A stretch of DNA of 64,000 nt from Oikopleura dioica (lineage: Eukaryota > Animalia > Chordata), in NCBI GenBank assembly GCA_907165135.1, contig OU015566.1:9052001-9116000 (forward strand), in the 5' to 3' direction. The notes under the pieces were generated by a model, which worked only from the letters and a program-made list of their open reading frames with translations, did not search any database and was not told the origin of the DNA. Both the position numbers and the translations under genes were made by a program. Positions within the stretch are counted from its first letter, which is position 1; the number at the start of each line of letters is the position of its first letter. This document shows positions 27,991-40,902 of this stretch, in pieces.

Positions 27991-28855
27991 TTTCTTACGA
28001 TTCCGAAAATTGCAGGAAAACAGTGCGAATTACAGTCGTTTACGGAATTCTACTCTGAGTTGGAGCGAGAATGCGAAGCGAATACAAAATCAAGAGGGAG
28101 AAATTTAAGTACATCCTGTTGACTCTTTGTAAAGTCCACTTTTTTGGAGCTTCCGAATTTCCGGGTCCGAAATTCCGAAAAGAAAGCTTCAAAACTCAAG
28201 CTCGAGTAGAAATTGAATTCAAGCTGTCAATCTGATTATACCCCGCTGAGACAGGTGTTCTAGATACGCCTCGGGTTTCTTAAATCTTTCCTTTTAGATA
28301 TCCGCTTTTGGTGAAAACATTTCCGAAATCGGTGACTCGACAGAAAACGACGAATATGAATTTGATTTTCTCCGAGAAGCGTTCGTTCAGTTTAAATTTC
28401 GTCTAAGCGCTTCATGCGCGGGATTCAATTAAACGAATTTTTTTTCCTTCTCTTTCAAAGAAAAAAAAAAGATCCATGAAAAAAACGAATCATTCAAACG
28501 ACCCATCAACCGCCAGAACATAATTGCATTCGTGTTGCCTTTTTGGTACCTAGTCTAGTAGGAAAGATTGGGGCCTCCAATTTGCTCTTTGCAAATTGTA
28601 AAATCGAGTGTAGTGAAAATTCGTAAAATCAACCTCAGTGCCTCCGACACGTGTGATTTTGGCCTGCCAGTTCCAATCCCATTCGATTTTCCAGTTGAAT
28701 GATCAAGTTACTCGCGGTACGTAATTTTTCGTGTGTTCGATGGAATTCAAATTTTTGTACTGAATAAATCATAGGTCTACGTTCCCAAGAATAGGATAAA
28801 AAAAGAACCAGAAACCGTGTCGAGAGTCTCTGAGTTTACTTTGTACTTTGTTTAA

Positions 28856-29591
28856 GGGACCCCTGGAAGCAGCGCCGAGCTCAACTTCACGCGCTCACGG
28901 TTCTTGTTCGGATAAAGATTTTTACAAGTTTCCTTTTGCAAATCGTATCTGCAATTCATCAGCTTTCTTTTCCAATTTTCAGTTTTTCCCTATCATAAGA
29001 AATCAATGAGATAGGGAGAGAAAGAGAAATTAAACTTCAAATGGCATCAAGTCTCGTTATTTTTATCTTATTTTCATGAAACCTGCACCATTGAAAAGCC
29101 CATTAAATTCTGCACAGATCTTACCTAATCCGCAAAGGGAAACAGTTCCTAATTACGATAAAGGTCAAATAAATAAGATACCTTAGCGCGCGCCCAGCGG
29201 GAATCATGTCCCGGGAGCCCAAAATAGCTGCATCGGAGCGTCCAACCGAGCTGAGCGCGCTAAGTTCCTCTTTTAATCAGCGCTTCCTGGGCGATTTGTT
29301 AACTTTGAGCTTTGCGGATTAGGTAAGATCTGTGCAGAATTTAATGGGCTTTTCAATGGTGCAGGTTTCATGAAAATAAGATAAAAATAACGAGACTTGA
29401 TGCCATTTGAAGTTTAATTTCTCTTTCTCTCCCTATCTCATTGATTTCTTATGATAGGGAAAAACTGAAAATTGGAAAAGAAAGCTGATGAATTGCAGAT
29501 ACGATTTGCAAAAGGAAACTTGTAAAAATCTTTATCCGAACAAGAACCGTGAGCGCGTGAAGTTGAGCTCGGCGCTGCTTCCAGGGGTCCC
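28856..29591. mobile_element. Foldback/MITE (736 bp) with 282-bp perfect inverted arms, TTAA-flanked, GGG...CCC termini (Kolobok-like)
   Basis: Arms 28856-29137 and 29310-29591 are reverse complements with no mismatch found on manual reading. TTAA lies at 28852-55 and 29592-95, around a 172-bp spacer. Confidence 0.9.
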
Positions 29592-31316
29592 TTAAGACAA
29601 GATGACCAATGGGATGGCCTTTTAACAAGACTTTTGCTTCTTCCCGTATATCTGAAGACTATATTATTTCTTTCATTTCGCGGTTTAACTCTAGGAAGGG
29701 CATTTCAAACGACCACTAAGAATCGAAAATATCAGACACAGAAGGTGGCGCTGTTCTAAATGTACTCAGCCTATCAGAATCCGTGTTTTTCACGTTTTCA
29801 CTTTTCAAAAAGATTTTAATCGTTCTAATCGCAAAAATGTCGTAAGAGTCTCGTCTTGAAGGCCGGCTGCTGTTTGTCTTGCACGGGAAAAGGTTTTGAG
29901 AAGCAAGTACGCTTCCTCTTGAAAGTGAGAGGCGATAAACCAAAAAGTAAACGTCGCGAAATATCCCTCTTGACAGGCGAAAGTCATCACGGCTTTTGCA
30001 CAACTTCCAAAAATACACCTAGCTGGTCATTTTGCTTTTACATTCTTGAAACTGCTCACCTTTTCTAATTCCAAGAATCTCAGTTTTCGCAAAAAAGGTT
30101 ATTTATGGAGAACTTTTCTAGGCGAAATCGGTAGACACGTAAAAACCTTCACGTGTTGTAGACCGTAATATGCCTCGCAATTGCGGCCACGAGCGATGCC
30201 CGTTTTGGTAAGCTAGAGTCGCATTTTATGGAATAGCGGTCAGCCCACCTGCCACACTGTGATTTAGAAAAAAAGCGGAAAATTTTACGTAAGGGATTTG
30301 TTTTTTTCTTTGGGGAAACCGCCAGTTATGAACTCAGAACTGCGGTCGCAATTTTGCGGAAGCAGCAACTCTTTGAAGAAATTCATAATTGAGGTTGCAT
30401 TCAGTAGGAAAGAAAAAGCTTGACTTTCTGAAAGTCTGGGAATTTCTCAAACAAAAGTTAATCAAATTCAAATAAATTTAAACCCAGCTTTTGTCATTTC
30501 GCTCTCTTTCTGTCTCTCTTTCTCTCTGATATCTATCTTTTGCTTCAAATTCGCAAAAAATCGAGAGTATGAAAATTCTAGGAGTTTTGCTGGCGACGGC
30601 TTTTGGGCAAGTTTGTTTCAGGATATTTTTAAATACACCTAAGCTGATAAAGATTTCTTTTTCGCGGCAAAGCGTAGTTTCGCCAAATTTAAAACTGTGT
30701 TGAAAACAAGGATAAAGCTGTAACGAGACCACACCTGGTTCTTCATGCGATCGGCGGGCAACCGAAACCTGTTCAGTCAAGGCTCTGCAACTCAGTACTA
30801 ATTTCGGAATTATTGCCAATTACTCGTGCAATTTGCTAAAAATTGCTTTTTACTAAGCAATTCCACAAAACAACAGAAAAGCCCTTTGAGAAGATACCTC
30901 GGTTCTTTGCGTGACTATTCGACAGCCGAATGTTAACGAAACGAATGTGGTTTTTGTAAGTCTTCTACAATAGAAGCCAGAACTTGTTACACAGTTTTCG
31001 AATTTGTATATTTTTTTAAGCGCGGCTGCGAGGAGCAAAACATTTGTGATCCCGGAACAACTCTTGCTCCGCCGGGCACTGTTTCTTGCTGTAACACAAG
31101 TAACGAGAACGGTAAAATGTCTTTGTTTGCTAAGTTTTCGTTTTAGCAAGTCAAGGAGATCGCTGCAACAATGAAATGCTTTCAGCTGCGCTACCACTCA
31201 CTTCCAGCTTGTTTTTACTACGATTCATGCTGAATTAAAGTGGATTTTTTAATAAATAGATTCTTTTAGAACTTTGATTCTTTACGATGTGCTTCAAAAT
31301 TATTTATTTTTTATGA

Positions 31317-31667
31317 TCACAGAATCACGCATTTTCCGTTCTTTTCATCTTCACGTTTTTTGGTAGACATTTCACCTGTTTGATCGAAGTTGCCACTGTC
31401 TTGGGAATGCATTTTATCATTGAAATTCGTTATTTCTTTCTGATTAATTTCTTCGGCAATTTCTTTATTTGTGTCTTGGATAGTCTTCCTTTCTTGTAAA
31501 GATTCAAGACCCTCATGTGGTAGAATAAAATAGGATCCAACCGAAATGGGTTCCGTAGAGGCTAAGCTATCATTTGAGCTGATAATTTCAGTAGCATCTT
31601 TCGTGCGTCCACTTCTATCAAATGGTTTGAAGTTTGGAGCGGGTATTTTCTCACAAAGTTTTGACAT
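31317..31667 (-). CDS. Terminal exon of a protein ending in a CaaX box (CVIL)
   Basis: Open 116 codons after a TTTTCTACAG acceptor, ending KKREDEKNGKCVIL*. Upstream exons are not resolved. Confidence 0.55.
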   Translation of the reverse strand: MSKLCEKIPAPNFKPFDRSGRTKDATEIISSNDSLASTEPISVGSYFILPHEGLESLQERKTIQDTNKEIAEEINQKEITNFNDKMHSQDSGNFDQTGEMSTKKREDEKNGKCVIL

Positions 31668-34600
31668 TTCTCGCTGTAGAAAAGTATCTTTGAAATCTCT
31701 TTAACGGAATGTGAAAATTCTCTTCTTTTGCTTTGAATCAAAGCCTTTGATGCGCAAATAATAATAAAAAGTAATGTAAGTAGTAAGAGCGCGTATAAAT
31801 CAATTTTTTTACAATTGACTTTTTCTTGTTCACTTTGGTGACTAGCTATTTTCTGAGTTTTTACGATCGTTGCATTTTTTCTTCTAACCTCTTAAGTGAA
31901 ATATTCAGATATGTCATACATTTTATATCAATTAAAGACTAAAGGTATATATATATATTAAATTTATATTGTTTGCGAGAAAAAATAACCTAAAAACAGA
32001 AGCGAGGATAAACTGGATTAAAACTTTATTTTGAACGTGGAGGACTCATCACGTCTTGCGGTGGCTTCATCGAAAAGAGCTCGACTTGAAGAGACTCGAT
32101 TCCAAGTGGCCCCAGAAGATTGCGCAGATTAGCCTGAAAAAGCAAATAGACCTCGAGGTTGAAGATCGCTGCTCAATTCATCGTATTAGACCGTAACTCG
32201 GCGGGCAAATAGTTTTTCTCTCAGAAAAATGCGATGCCGAAGAATCTTGATTTCAAATAAAGAAATCAATAATTTAATTCTCACAAATGTTTGTCAGCAA
32301 AATATCTGTAAGAGAAATTAAAGGGCTTGTTATCAAACTTCAGGATCTTCATTTGAAAAACACTTCGTTTTAGTTCAAAATAACAGGAACAAGAAAAAGT
32401 TGTATTTTTCTTCGGTAGTTTTTGTGTATAAGAACTTAGACTGGACTGGAGAGGAAGGGAGGACTGCTTGGGACATAAATATTCCAGTGAAAGTGGAAAG
32501 TAAGGAGTATCTAATATAATCGAGTTTAAATTTAGACGCGTCCAAGATCATATTTCAAATTTTTCTGATTGATTTATTGAATAAATTTATCGTTACTGAT
32601 GTGTACGGAAAACACGGAAAACATGAAAATGAGCACATGCCATTTCGGGTTCTTTGACTACTGGTAGTCACTTCTGAATCTTGACTTTGCAGTGTTAGTT
32701 TATGCCATTTCTAGAGCTTAGACCTCAGTTCCCCCCGAACGATCAATTAGGCTTTGGAATTTTGGAATTTCTGTGATCACGAAAAGAGATACAGCAAAAT
32801 TTCCATGAGAAAAGGACCAAAAGCAAGAATCGATCATAGAACTCGAAATTTTTCTCTCACGTTTTCATTTCAGCCCTTGCGAAGTTTCTCAGTAGCGATT
32901 GAGATTGATTTCAAAGGAGCAAAAGCTGTGTTTTTTTTTGAGCGAGAGTGAGTGATAATTTATGGTAATGGAGCCCTTTTTTTAACGAGAAGTGATGTCA
33001 AGTTACGTGAGAAAAAGAAAAAAAATTACAAATTCATAATTTGAAATAGAATTATTCAATTCTAGCGTGGAATTCCAACGATTGAAGGGCAGCGGTTTAA
33101 AATGATAATTGAAGACATCTCAGGTATGGTTTTTGTTCGGGGTCTAAATAACTCGCTACAGTTTTCATTCTTCGAAAAGTCACGCTAAGAAAGCGATCCA
33201 AAACGGTGAGTATAATCATTTTAAAGAAATGAATATCTTCCGCGAATTTTGAACGATCTACTGATTACAGTAAACTGATCGAGGTCGACCGCTAACAAGC
33301 TTGAAAGTTTGCCCAATATATATACATGTATCTTAGATACAGTAGCTTTCAGAAGCATGCACTGTGCTATCTTCTATCAGTTGCTTGTAGTACTTAGGTA
33401 GAAGAGGAAGATCTGTTTGACAGAGTTTGTCTCCTCGTCACTTGAAACTTGAACAGTCTGTCGTGTCCTTGTTTAGAAAACGCCGTTTGATATCAATAAT
33501 CTTTTCATCTCTAATCGCGCTTAAAATCGGCTTACAGGTTCAAAGCGCGTTACTGGCCAAAACATCATATACCGCGAAGATTACTTTTCCAAAAGAAAAA
33601 AATGAAAAGAAAAACGAAAGAAAACAGTGAATGGCAGCTGGTTTCCGACGTTTTCTTATCAACGTCATGTTAATAGGTTAAATATTTTGATCAAGGAAGC
33701 CATTTAGCCCGGGACGAAGAAGATCATCCGTCGGGTTCTGACAATCACCGGAAGATCCTTTTTTAGAACGTGGACTTTTTGAATAGTTAAAATATCTGCT
33801 GATCTTTTAAAATGATCTTTTGCTTCCTAAACGATTTTTAATTGCTTATCACAAGAATTATATCGAAAAACGATAAGTCCAAAAGAAAAAGCAAGTAATC
33901 TTGCTTTTCATGCGGAATAAGAAGATATCCGATTCTTGCGTCCAAAGAATTATTTACTTATAGTTTTGCGAACGTGACGACCTTCTTGCTCTCCTGAATC
34001 TCTTGAATCCTAACGGATCGTTGGTTTTCAGATGGCCGAAAAGAGATTCGTTGTTTTTTTTCTAACGAAATACTGGTCATTTTGGGATATTCTCAGTATT
34101 AAATTAAATTTTCATAGCAAAAGAATGAGAAGGCGAAGTAAAAAGGCCCTTTGACCACTGCTGATTTACCACCCAACCATTACTGTTCAAAGCAGTTTAT
34201 AATTGCCACGTCAATTATAAAATTATCACGCCGAGCAGTACTTTTATCAAACTACCCTTTGTGGTCAAAATATTTTGCACAAGCTCGTGTTAAACAGAAC
34301 AAGCAGCTGGAATCCCGGGTTTTCAATAATGAAAGCTCGCAGTTTCGATACTGTACTTGGGATCATTTCAAGCGAACAGCTAACTGTTTATTTTGGAGTT
34401 GTCCGATTAGAGGGATTGAAGGAAAAAGTATGTGCTTATTTATGAACGTCAGCGAAGTGCGTTTCCGACTTGGAACGCCCAGAAATGTTTTCGAGCGTAT
34501 AAGCTGTCCTGAACATCCGATCAAAATAATGGTACTCCGTTGAATTCCCTTTTGGCAAATGTATAATTTCAAACTCGAAAAAGAACTGGCCAGAAAAGCA

Positions 34601-34929
34601 AAAATCAGCGCTGTTTAAATAATACAAAAATCGTTTTCCTCCTTCCCATATCGCCTCCGATACGCTTATCTGACATGATGTAAAAATAGTATTTGACAGG
34701 ATTTAACAAGCTAAGCAAGAAAGAAAAATCGTACCGGGCGTACAAGCAGCTTTCTGATAAGATTGTTAGATTTTTGGGGTTAGCCGCAAGAACAGGCGCG
34801 CGTGGACAGAAATTCCGACGAATATTGGAAATTTTGCATTTTTTGTTATTCCAAGTTTGACGACGACCACTCAGAATTTGAATAATTTCACAAGTTTACT
34901 ACAAGCGCGATTTTTATGAAAAAATATTC

Positions 34930-35700
34930 TTACTGAAATGAGAAATAAAAATTTCTAGAACTTTGTCTCTCAGAAGCAGTTCTCTTCCTTGATTTCGATG
35001 TTGGTTCCGACATAAAATGTTCATCTAATTCGTGATAAGCAGTAGCGAATTCAAACGAACCTGACCGTGTAAGCACCAAACAAATACTTAATGATTTCGT
35101 GGGTCGGACAAGTGTCCGCAGAATTCGATCGACGCGGGCGAAAGCTCTATTTTTATCAATTTTGAAATGTAGAATGTTAACATGAGTACTAGGCGTAGCT
35201 CCCACAAGGTCATGTCTAAGTGGCTACAAATAAAATTTGGCTATTCAACATTACACTTCATTTAGAAAATCTTCCCTGTTGCCACAACATTGTTGTGCAA
35301 GAGTTAGATCAGAAGATAGGAGTACTTGTCAGGAAATGATCTACCGGATTTCAAATAAAATAAAGTACATTGCTGTTGCGACCAAGACCGCGTTTCAAGT
35401 GATTTTAATTTATTGCCGTCCTTATTCAATAAAGTCGTTCCTATGATCCTACAATAATTTTGCAATCTTCGTGCAGTATTTAGGTCTCTTTTAGGCAGCT
35501 ACTGAATAAGCAGGACAAGATGAAAATTCATTGTTTCCCCATTTCCCCGAAAATTTTTATGCATGATACTGTGGGAAAGCTCTTCTAAGCTATAAAAATT
35601 TTCATACTCCAATTTGAGATGAGTGCTGACCTTTCCGCTGCGTAGGACAAGGACACCCCTACGTCTGTCTCCAACTCGACACCTTCTGTGAGTAAATTCC
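34930..35700 (-). CDS. Hypothetical multi-exon protein
   Basis: Exons QQCCGNREDFLNE and PLRHDLVGATPSTHVNILHFKIDK... join in phase 0 across a GT...TTTGTAG intron. Further upstream exon candidates lie at 35500-35700. Confidence 0.35.
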
Positions 35701-35762
35701 CCTATCAAATCTTGAGGGCTTTTGGTTTATTATTCCTAAGACAGTCTAGTACTCATAAAATT

Positions 35763-35823
35763 ATGCAGGCGCCATAGTCAATTTTGTAATATTTGTCATC
35801 GGTTTTACATCTCTGTATATAAA
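35763..35823 (+). promoter_or_regulatory. Conserved upstream block plus TATA box of VWA-CUB gene A
   Basis: ATGCAG.CGCCA..GTCAAT.TTGTAATATTTGT followed by TATATAAA (35816). The same block occurs upstream of paralog B. Confidence 0.55.
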
Positions 35824-35868
35824 GCCGAATAAAAAAATAAAAATCACTTTCTCCTGATATCCAGCACG

Positions 35869-38112
35869 ATGAAGGTATAAAAAGAGACCTATTTTATAAA
35901 TATAGTAACTTCTTTAAGATCCTCGTCATACTGGCTGGTGTGCTTGTCGGAGCTCAACAATGCTCATCAGGGGTCAAAGATCTAACGATGACCCCAGGAT
36001 CTACTGGTGAGGATGTGACTCGAGCAACTTATGGAAAAGTTTGGAGCGAAATTTCAACTTGGAATAACAAATACGAGGATCGGGATTTTTTCCTTCGATA
36101 TGCTTACGCTGAAACTAATTTCGGTGAAAAAATAATCATCATTGCTTCTAAACAATTGATTTAGGTATTGTCCAGCATCATCATGTCCAGCAAATCTGGT
36201 CAATCGACGAAGCCCAATTCAACACTACAAAGACAGTTTCACTCAAAAGTACAGTTTCAACCAAATTCAATGTCGACTGGGATCAACTTGAGTACGACGA
36301 GATGACCGTCCCGACATATTCCATGCTAGCGCTCTTTCTTTACTTGGAGCATCTCAACGAATTTCCTATACCCTACTCTATCGATGCACAAGCCGTTATT
36401 TACGAGAATATCACTCATCATACTGTCGACGGGTTCAAGAATGCGACAGAGGAGCTCGATCAAATCACAGAAAATGAATGCTTGACAAAAGCGCTCGATA
36501 TAGTTTTCGTCGTCGATGAGTCGGGATCAATTGGAACAGCGAATTTTCAACTCATAAGGGATTTTCTTGAAGACTACGCTAAAGACAGCAATATTGCTGA
36601 CGATGCCGCTCGTATCGCCATTAGACCATTTTCAAGCTCTAACTATCTTTACTTTTCATTGAATGATTTCAAAACGAAGAATATCATTTACGAGATTCAA
36701 AACATGCCCTACAATGGTGGCGGAACAAACACCGCCGATGCACTCGATGCTGCTCTCACAGATTACGGATCTGATCGACCAGAATCCGTTAAATTCATGG
36801 TCACTATTACAGATGGGGAGAGTAACTCATTCGCGATGACAAAAGCAGCCGCAGACAGGGTCAAATCAGATCCAAGAAATATTCAATCTTTTGCTATTGG
36901 AGTTGCTGGAGCAGATGAAACTGAATTAGAGGCTATAGCAACTTCTGAAGAGCACGTGATGTTCCTTGCTGGATGGGGAGACTTTTCGGCCATCAAAAAT
37001 AATCTCATGAGTAAGATCTGCGAAGGCAATATTGAAAATAACAACGGTGGTGATACTCAAGTTGGTGGAAGTGCCGGTAATCCCGGTAAAATCATCTTAA
37101 AGATCGGTATGACCGGAAAAGACAACTATGACTTCAAAGCAAATGGTCCACTGACCTTCTTTTATCATCGAAGTAATCCTCAGCCAAGTCCTGCTGCATA
37201 TGAGAAGACATTCAATCTTACCTCGCCAAACTTGAACAAATGGATAAACCATCATGTTGGCTCTGGACACGAGTTCGTCTACCTCTCGGCATACAATTAC
37301 AATATAAATCCGGCAATCGTGTCTCTACGGATTAACAGTGGCGGTTCATCTGGTCCAATTGATCCTGAGCCAGTACTCTGTCCCCCAAACTCTCATTGTG
37401 TTGGCGGAACTTGCGAATGCTTCCCTCAGTATTCACTTGATGTCGGAGGAAATTGCGTTTTCGATCGATGCGCCAATGTCGATTGCTTCAATGGTTATGA
37501 ATGCGCTCCTGCTACCGGAACATGTTTTTGTCCAGATGGACATTTGGAACTTAATGGCAATTGCTACGCTGCCACGTGCCCAGATACTGCAGTTCAAGTT
37601 CATGTATGAAAAAAGCCTTGAGCAACCTTCTATATTTTTTAGGAAAATGAATTCGGCTATGCGATGGGTGAACTGAGCTCCCCTTGGCGAGAACATGGCC
37701 ATGACTACCCGAGCAACTTCGACTGTACTTACGAGTTTGAAACTGTCCGCGCTGAAGGAAGCTGTTACGAAGTTCTTCTTGAAAATCCTTTTGGAGTCGA
37801 AGCTTCGGCTAATTGTCGAAATGATCGGCTCGAGATTTATGATGTCATTAATGCTGATCAAGGTATGATACTAGAGACTTTCGATTCTTATTTTGTTTAG
37901 TAAATATGGATCACTCTGCAACTCGACCTGCCGGAGCGGCGGTAATGTGCGGCGACGCGTGCGTTGCGGAAGGCGGATGGGTTGGAAAAATCTGCGGAGA
38001 CAAACTCAAAATCCGATTCAAGTCTGATCACATTGTAGAAGACATCGGCTGGCGACTCAAATGGGTTCTTCGACCTAAGGAAGAGTGTGATTGTCTCTGT
38101 AACCGACCATAA
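35869..38112 (+). CDS. Secreted protein: N-terminal unassigned domain + VWA + EGF-like x2 + CUB (paralog A; oikosin-like architecture)
   Basis: ATGAAG micro-exon and signal peptide. VWA with intact MIDAS (DESGS, GGTNT, ITDG), Cys-rich EGF-like repeats, and a CUB domain (LSSPW..DYPSNFDCTY...IRFKSDHIVEDIGWRLKW). GT-AG introns. Confidence 0.9.
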
Positions 38113-38544
38113 CTGTGTTCTCCTAACAAGTCAATACAGTAATAAATTTATGAGAATAAATGTGAGCAAAGCTATCAGATAGATAATTTTTTATTATGAG
38201 GTCAATAATTTGCTGACAGAGTTAAATACGATAGTAGTTTTTTCTTATAGAAGCTTTGTCTCCCAAATTTAGCCGGTGGTTCATGGCCAATGAATGATGG
38301 GAAAATGTCATTTTTTCCTTCCGTATTTTTCATTTTAATATTTTCGGTGTGAAAAATCTTTCAGCTTGCAATTTTTCATACTCAACAATGAAATTTTTAT
38401 GTGCAGATTGCATGATTGTTCAAGGCAAGGGCTCTTATACTGGTACTGTTGGTTGATTCAGAGCCGTCTGCATGTGAATTTCCCTTCTGATACTGGAGTG
38501 CCATTATTTTATTGTTCATATCCGCCTCTTGTGCCCGTAAAAAT

Positions 38545-38605
38545 ATGCAGCCGCCACTGTCAATGTTGTAATATTTGTTATACGTGTGTTTCTCAGAATA
38601 TAAAG
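38545..38605 (+). promoter_or_regulatory. Conserved upstream block plus TATA box of VWA-CUB gene B
   Basis: ATGCAGCCGCCACTGTCAATGTTGTAATATTTGT followed by ATATAAAG. Aligns with 35763-35823. Confidence 0.55.
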
Positions 38606-38653
38606 CGAAGCCGAAAAAAGAATTGTTGAGTCTAACAGTTTAGATCTAGCAAG

Positions 38654-40902
38654 ATGAAGGTATCTAAAAGAGATTTTTCCATTAATATTTTTATCGCATT
38701 TTAAGGCCCTATTCTGGCTTCATGCATTTTCTGTTTGGGCGCAAGAATGCTCATCAGGAGTCAAGGACCTAACAATGACTCCTGGATCTATAGGTGAAGA
38801 TGTCACAAGAGCTACCTTTGGGAAAGTCTGGGGCGAAATATCTTCTTGGAATAGCAAATATGAAGAACGAGATTTTTTTCTACGCTATGCTTATGCAGAA
38901 ACAAATTTTGGTAAGATTCGTAACAGACTGTCTCTTTAATCTCTACTGAAGGTATCGTCCAACATCATCATGTCCAGCAGATTTGGTCAATAGACGAAGC
39001 GCAATTCAACACTACAAAGACTGTTGCTCTCAAAAGCACTGTCTCAGGCAAATTCAATGTCGACTGGGATAAGCTCGAATACGATGAAATGACAGTGCCG
39101 ACCTACTCCATGCTTGCGCTTTTTCTTTACCTTGAGCATCTTAATGAGTTTCCGATTCCCTTCTCCATCGATGCACAAGCTGCTATCTATGAATCGATCA
39201 CTCATCACACCGTTGACGGCTTCAAGGACGCAACGGACGAGCTCGACCAGATCACCGAAAATGAGTGCTTGACAAAAGCCCTGGATATCGTTTTCGTCGT
39301 CGATGAGTCTGGTTCAATAGGAGCTGCAAACTTTCAACTTATCAGGGAATTTCTGGAAGACTACGCCAAAGACAGCAACCTTGCTGACGATGCCGCTCGT
39401 ATAGCTATTCGACCGTTTTCCAGCTCAAACTATCTTTACTTTTCGTTAAATGATTTCAAAACAAAAAATATCATCAACGAAATAAAAAACATGCCTTACA
39501 ACGGTGGCGGAACAAATACTGCTATTGCACTTGATGCTGCGCTCACCGACTACGGAACTGATCGACCAGAATCGGTGAAATTTATGGTCACAATTACTGA
39601 TGGTGCCAGCAGCTCATTTTCAGCGACGAAGGCAGCTGCTGACAGGGTCAAAGCAGATTCAAGAAATATTCAATCGTTTGCAATTGGAGTCGCTGGAGCA
39701 AATTACGCTGAGTTAGAAGCTATTGCTACCTCGAGAGATCACATTAACATGCTTGATGGATGGGCAGACTTTGAGCCTATCAAGAAGAATCTTTTCAGCA
39801 AGATCTGCACTGGTAATATTGAGAACAACAATGGCGGGGACACGCAAGTCGGAGGTAGTACTGGAAATCCGGGAAAAATTATCTTGAAAATTGGGATGAG
39901 TGGAAAAGACAACTATGACTTTAAAGCTGACGGTCCACTTACATTTTTCTACCATCGAACTAATCCGCAGCCAGGACCAGCTGCGTTTGAAAAAACTTTC
40001 AACGTAACGTCAAGCGACATAAACAAATGGATCAACCACAATGTCGGCCCCGGCCACACCTTCGTCTACTTATCCGCGTACAACTATCGACCTTCAAAAG
40101 CTCTCGTCTCTCTAAAAATCAATAGCGGTGGATCTTCCGGGCCTGTCGAGCCAGATCCAGTTCTCTGTCCTCCAAACTCACATTGCATTGCTGGAGCTTG
40201 CGAATGCTTTCCTCAATATTCACCGGACGATGGTGGAAACTGCGTTTTCGATCGATGCGCTTCTGTCGATTGCTTTAATGGATATGAGTGTGCTCCTGCT
40301 ACTGGAACATGCTTCTGCCCGGATGATCATTTGGAACTAGATGGACATTGCTACGCTGCCAGTTGTCCGGATTCTCCTGTTCAAGTTCATGTATGCGAAA
40401 AGAGTACCAGGATCCATCTCATCTTTTTTAGGAGAATGAATTCGGCTATGCAATGGGTGAACTGAGCTCTCCTTGGCGAGAGCATGGAGTGGACTATCCT
40501 AGCGATTTTGACTGTACTTATGAGTTTGAGACTGTCCGAGCTGAAGGTAGTTGCTACGAAGTTCTTTTAGAAAGCTCTTTTGGAGTCGAAGCTTCAGCGA
40601 ATTGTGGAAATGATCGACTCGAAATTTACGATGTCATCAATGCTGATCAAGGTTGACTAAAAATAAACTTCGATTTTTCACATTCTTTAGTAAATATGGA
40701 TCACTCTGCAACTCGACCTGCCGGGGCGGCTGTAATGTGCGGCGACGCATGCGTTGCGGAAGGCGGCTGGGTTGGAAAAGTCTGCGGAGACAAACTCAAA
40801 ATCCGATTCAAGTCTGATCACATTGTAGAGGATATCGGCTGGCGACTCAAATGGGTTCTTCGACCTAAGGAAGAATGCGACTGTCTCTGTAACCGACCTT
40901 GA
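38654..40902 (+). CDS. Secreted protein: N-terminal unassigned domain + VWA + EGF-like x2 + CUB (paralog B)
   Basis: Same exon structure and motifs as paralog A (ORFs 39089-40465, 40453-40656 and 40696-40902). Confidence 0.9.

Noticed and set aside
7866-33706. Shared 13-mer AGGAAGCCATTTA at about 7867 and 33694
   Set aside because: The match does not extend into the flanks and is compatible with chance.
34151-34543. 130-aa Cys/His-containing ORF
   Set aside because: It has a non-ATG start, no clear splice context and no recognisable motif.
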